From Camelus dromedarius (lineage: Eukaryota), in NCBI RefSeq assembly GCF_036321535.1, contig NC_087447.1, positions 37,698,001 to 37,762,000 on the forward strand: 64,000 nt of DNA. The letters are read 5' to 3'. Under the pieces are notes generated by a model. It did not search any database. It saw only the letters and a list, made by a program, of their open reading frames with translations, and was not told where the DNA came from. Positions 59,930-64,000 of the stretch are shown piece after piece (the stretch's first letter is position 1; each line of letters opens with the position of its first letter). The position numbers were made by a program, and so were the translations under genes.

Positions 59930-62433
59930 TGGTATATGATCCTTTTAATGTGCTGTTAAATTCAGTTTGAATGATCAAATGGGATTTATCCTGGGATGCA
60001 AGGAGGGTTCACCATACACAAATCAATAAATGTGATACACCACAGTAATAGAATGGAGGATAAAAATCAAATGATCCTCTAAATAAATGCAGGAAAAAAT
60101 TTTGACAAAATTCAACACCCTTTCACAAGAAAAGCTCTCAACACATTGAGTATACAAGGTATATACCTCAGCATAATAAAGCCCAGACGTGACACACCCA
60201 CAGTTACCATCATATTCGATGGTGAAAGAATGACAGCTTTTCCTCTGAGGTCAAAAACAACTCAAGGGCGCCCAGTGTCACCTCTCCTATTCAACATGGT
60301 ACTAGAAGTTCTAGCCGGAACAATTAAGCAAGAAAAAGAAATAAAAGCCTTTCAAATCAGAAAGGAGAAGTGAAACAGTCTCTGTTTGCAGATGACATAA
60401 TCTTATATATAGAAAACCCTAAAATCTCCACCAAAAAATTGTTAGACTTAATAAATGAATTCAGTACAGTTTCGGGATACAAAATCAATGTTCAAAAATC
60501 AGTTGCATTTTTATGCACTAACTACAAACTATTTGAAAAATAAAGAAAGAATCCTATTTACAATAGCATTAAAAAAATTAAATACTTAGGAATAAATTTA
60601 ACCAAGGAGGTGAAAGATCAGTACACTGACAACTGTAAGACATGGATGAAAGAAAGTGAAGAACACACAAATGAATGGAAGGATAGCTCACATTCACGGA
60701 TCAGAAGAATTAATAGTTTTAATGTCCATACTACCCAAAGCAATCTACAGACTCAATGTAATCCCTATCAAAATTCTAATGGCATTTTTCACAGAAATAA
60801 AAAAATAATAATCTTAACATTCATGTGATACCATATAAGAACCCAAATAGAGTGTCATACTTTCTGATTTCCAGCTTAATTACAGAGCTATAGTATTAAA
60901 ACCAGACTAGCATAAAAACGGACACATAGACCAAGGGAAAAGAATCAAGAGCCAAGAAAAACGTCCGCATATATGGTAAACTAGTATTTGACAAGGAAGC
61001 CAAGAATACTGAAAGGGGAAAAGAGAGTCTTCAATAAACGGTGCTAGGAAAACTAGGTATTCGCATGCAAAAGAAAGAAACTGAACCCCCTACATTCCAC
61101 TACTCATAAAAATTAACTCAGAATGAATTAAAAACTTAAATGTCAGTTCTGAAACTCTAAAATGCCTAGGAAAAAAGTTTCTTGACACTGGTCTTGGCAA
61201 AGACTTTTTGGCTATGACACCAAAAGCACAAGCAACAGAAATAAAAATAAATAAGTGGGGCTGTATCAAACAAAAATTTTCTGCACAGAAAAGGAAATAA
61301 TCAACAAATTAAAAGGCAACCTACAGGAAACTGGGAAAAATATTTGCAAACCATGTATCTGATAAGGGGTTAATATTCAAAACATATAAGGAGCTCATAC
61401 AACTCAATAACAACAACAAAAATCTAACTGAAAAAAAAATGTGCAGAGGGCTTGAATAGACATTTTCCCAAAGAAGACATACAAATGATCAACAAGTACA
61501 TGAAAGGTATTCACCAATCACCTGGAAATGCAAATCAAAAGCACAATGAGATATCACCTCACACCTGTTAGAATGGTTATCCTCAAAAAGACAAGAGACA
61601 ACAAGTGCTGGTGAGGATGCGGAGAAAAGGGAACCACGGTGCATTATTGATGGGAATGTAAATTGGTGCAGACACTAGGAAAACAGTATGGAGTTTTCTC
61701 AAAAAAATTAAAAATAAAACTATCATGTGGTATGGCAAGCCCACTTCTAGGTACATGTCAGAAGGAAGTGAAATCATTCTCTCAAAGAGGCATCTGCACC
61801 CCCATATTTCTTGCAGCATTTTTCACAATAGCTAAGACATGGAAACAGCCTAAATATCCTTCAATGGATGAATGGATAAAAGAAGAAAGAAAAAATATAT
61901 ATATATACCACAATAAGATACTGTTCAGCCATAAAAAAAAAAAAGAAGGAAACCTTGCCATTTGTAATGACATGGATAGATTTGGAGGGCATGATGCTAC
62001 GTGAAATAAGTCAGACAGAGAAAGACAAATACTATACGACCTCACTTATATGTGGAGTCTGAACATAATAGAAACAGAGGAGACTGGTGGTTGCCAGGGG
62101 CTGAGGGTTGGGGAAAATGGGGAGATATGGTCCAAGGGTACACATTTTCAGTTATGAGATGAATTAGTTCTGGAGATTAATATAAGCATGGTGACTATTA
62201 CTTAACAATATCATATTATACATTCAAAAGTTGCTAAGAAAGTAGATCCATAAAATTCTCACCACACAAATAAAAAGGTAACTATGTGAGGTGACAGATG
62301 CATAACTAATCTTCTTGGGGTAATCATTTCACAATGAATATATATATATCAAATCATCACATTGTACACCTTAAACATATAATGCTATATGCAAATTATA
62401 GCTCAATAAAGCTAGGGGATAAAAGCAGAAAAA
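59930..62433 (+). mobile_element. 5'-truncated, 5'-inverted L1 (L1MA9-like): RT, C-terminus and 3'UTR
   Basis: QGRPVSPLLFNMVLEVLA and LFADDI (60382-60399) RT motifs; 3'UTR ends ctcaataaagct; 59930-59969 inverted; TSD aagaagacctgg / aaggaggcctgg. Confidence 0.92.
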
Positions 62434-62776
62434 AAGGAGGCCTGGGCTCGGCCAGATACCCACAACCCGGCTGAGATAGTCTGTGGTCGACAAGAATACA
62501 GGCTTTTCTGTGTGAAAGCTGCTGCAGAGGGCCTGCTTCCTGCCCTGACCTGCCTTCATATAACCAGGCACAGGGCTAGCACAGCCCCTCGCCGCTGTGC
62601 CCGGGTCGGTTGGGGCTGCCCCAGGCTGAGAACCCTTCTCCCTTCCACAGTATAGGTATGTGGAGGCAGAAGCTGTCATCCTGATAGTTCTGCCATCTGA
62701 TGAACACCACGACCCCCACCCCATGCAGTCCTTAGACTCCCCTTTCCAAAGTCAAAAGGTGGCACAAAAGAACAAA

Positions 62777-63310
62777 GGAAGATGTGGTATATTTATACAA
62801 TGGAATACTATTCAGCCATAAAAACCGACAACATAACGCCATTTGCAGCAACATAGATGTCCCTGGAGAATGTTATTCTAAGTGAAGTAAGCCAGAAAGA
62901 GAAAGAAAAATACCATATGAGATCGCTCATATGTGGAATCTAAAAAAATAAAATAAAATGAACATAAATATAAAACAGAAACAGACTCATAGACATAGAA
63001 TACAAACTTGTGGTTGCCAAGGAGGCGGGGAGTGGGAAGGGACAGACTGGGAGTTCAAAATTTGTAGATACTAACAGGCATATGTAGGATAGATAAACAA
63101 GATTATACCGTAGAGCACAGGGTAATATATACAAGATCTTGTGGTAGCTCACAGAGAAAAAAAAATGTGACAATGAATATATGTACGTTCATGTATAACT
63201 GAAAAATTGTGCTCTATACTGGAAATTGCACAACACTGTAAAATGACTATAACTCAATAAAAAAATAAAAAATAAAAAAGGAAACAGGAATTATAAAAAA
63301 AAAAAAAAAG
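62777..63310 (+). mobile_element. Young lineage-specific L1 3' end with two A tracts
   Basis: gaagatgtggtatatttatacaatggaatactattcagcc... 3'UTR; TSD aaaagaacaaa at 62766-62776 and 63311-63321. Confidence 0.9.
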
Positions 63311-64000
63311 AAAAGAACAAAAGTCAACAGCTAAGAAACCTGCAGCCTCATCTCAGCTCTGCCAACAACCAACTTTGTGAAATTCATCAAGGTTCTTAAA
63401 CCTCTCCATGCCTCCTTTTTCATATGCAAACTGGAAATAATAATATACCTGTGATGACCTGGCACAGTTGTTGTAAAGGCTGAAATACAATTCACAGATT
63501 ACACTGTTTTGTATCACTACAGAATATCATAAAATTAAGAGGGATTTTTGTTAGTCAATATAAGTCTATGGAAATAGGAGTCTCTTAAAAGACCCAAAGG
63601 AATGAAACTATAAAGGTTGGATTTCGGGCAAAGTGAAAAATGAGACCTGGGCCAGAATAAAAATCTGGAAGTTAGGGTCTTAAACAAAACTCCGGTTAGC
63701 ATTATGTAAGAAACCTGGAGTGTTATAGGACAGGTCTTCAGGAATTGTCTCTTCCAACCCTATGGTTTACGCAAAAGGAAACTAAGATTCAGAGAAGGCA
63801 AATATCTGGCCAAAGTCACAGAGCGAATTTGTGGCTAAACCCAGACTAGAATCCAAGTTCTTTCTTCCCCTCCTCTCCAGTTCTGCCCAAAACCTGGCCA
63901 ACTCTATGATGCACCTTCGAGAGCATGATGACCCCACACCTAAAGAAGACACCACTGCCTTCCCCAGGACATTCACTGATAGACGCCAAAGTTGGGCACT

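Noticed and set aside
55100..63310. A single full-length active L1
   Set aside because: At least three separate insertions of different ages, all with stops and frameshifts.
44882..64000. INSC first exon or CpG-island promoter
   Set aside because: No CpG island or recognisable exon-1 sequence was seen; it probably lies beyond the window.
1..64000. CRISPR arrays, operons or prokaryotic/viral systems
   Set aside because: The sequence is mammalian intronic DNA; no regularly spaced repeats or gene-dense segments.

Overview
Mammalian genomic DNA, most likely camelid (alpaca, llama or camel). The lineage call rests on three tRNA-Ala(AGC)-derived Vic-1-type SINEs and young L1 3' ends, with no Alu, Bov-tA or PRE-1 seen. 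The whole window appears to lie inside INSC (inscuteable spindle-orientation adaptor) on the minus strand. Five spliced exons are resolved at 44781-44881, 18176-18521, 17100-17152, 15859-15982 and 2290-2403. All have AG/GT boundaries and consistent phases, and together encode 231 codons from the first ATG, including the LGN/GPSM2-binding peptide. The first exon(s) and the 3' exons lie outside the window. The rest is intronic and TE-rich (L1, L2, MIR, CR1/L3, MaLR/ERVL/ERV1 LTRs, hAT and Tc2 relics, STRs). Almost all other ORFs in the track are chance ORFs or TE debris. I found no convincing novel biological system. The most notable items are unusual retrotransposition products: an L1-mobilised polyadenylated ERV LTR transcript, a twin-primed L1 inversion, a duplicated L1 3'UTR and a tail-less L1 endonuclease fragment. 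Also notable are an open in-frame 5' extension in the start-codon exon and a few candidate enhancers. Repeat family names come from recalled consensus sequences and need RepeatMasker/Dfam confirmation.
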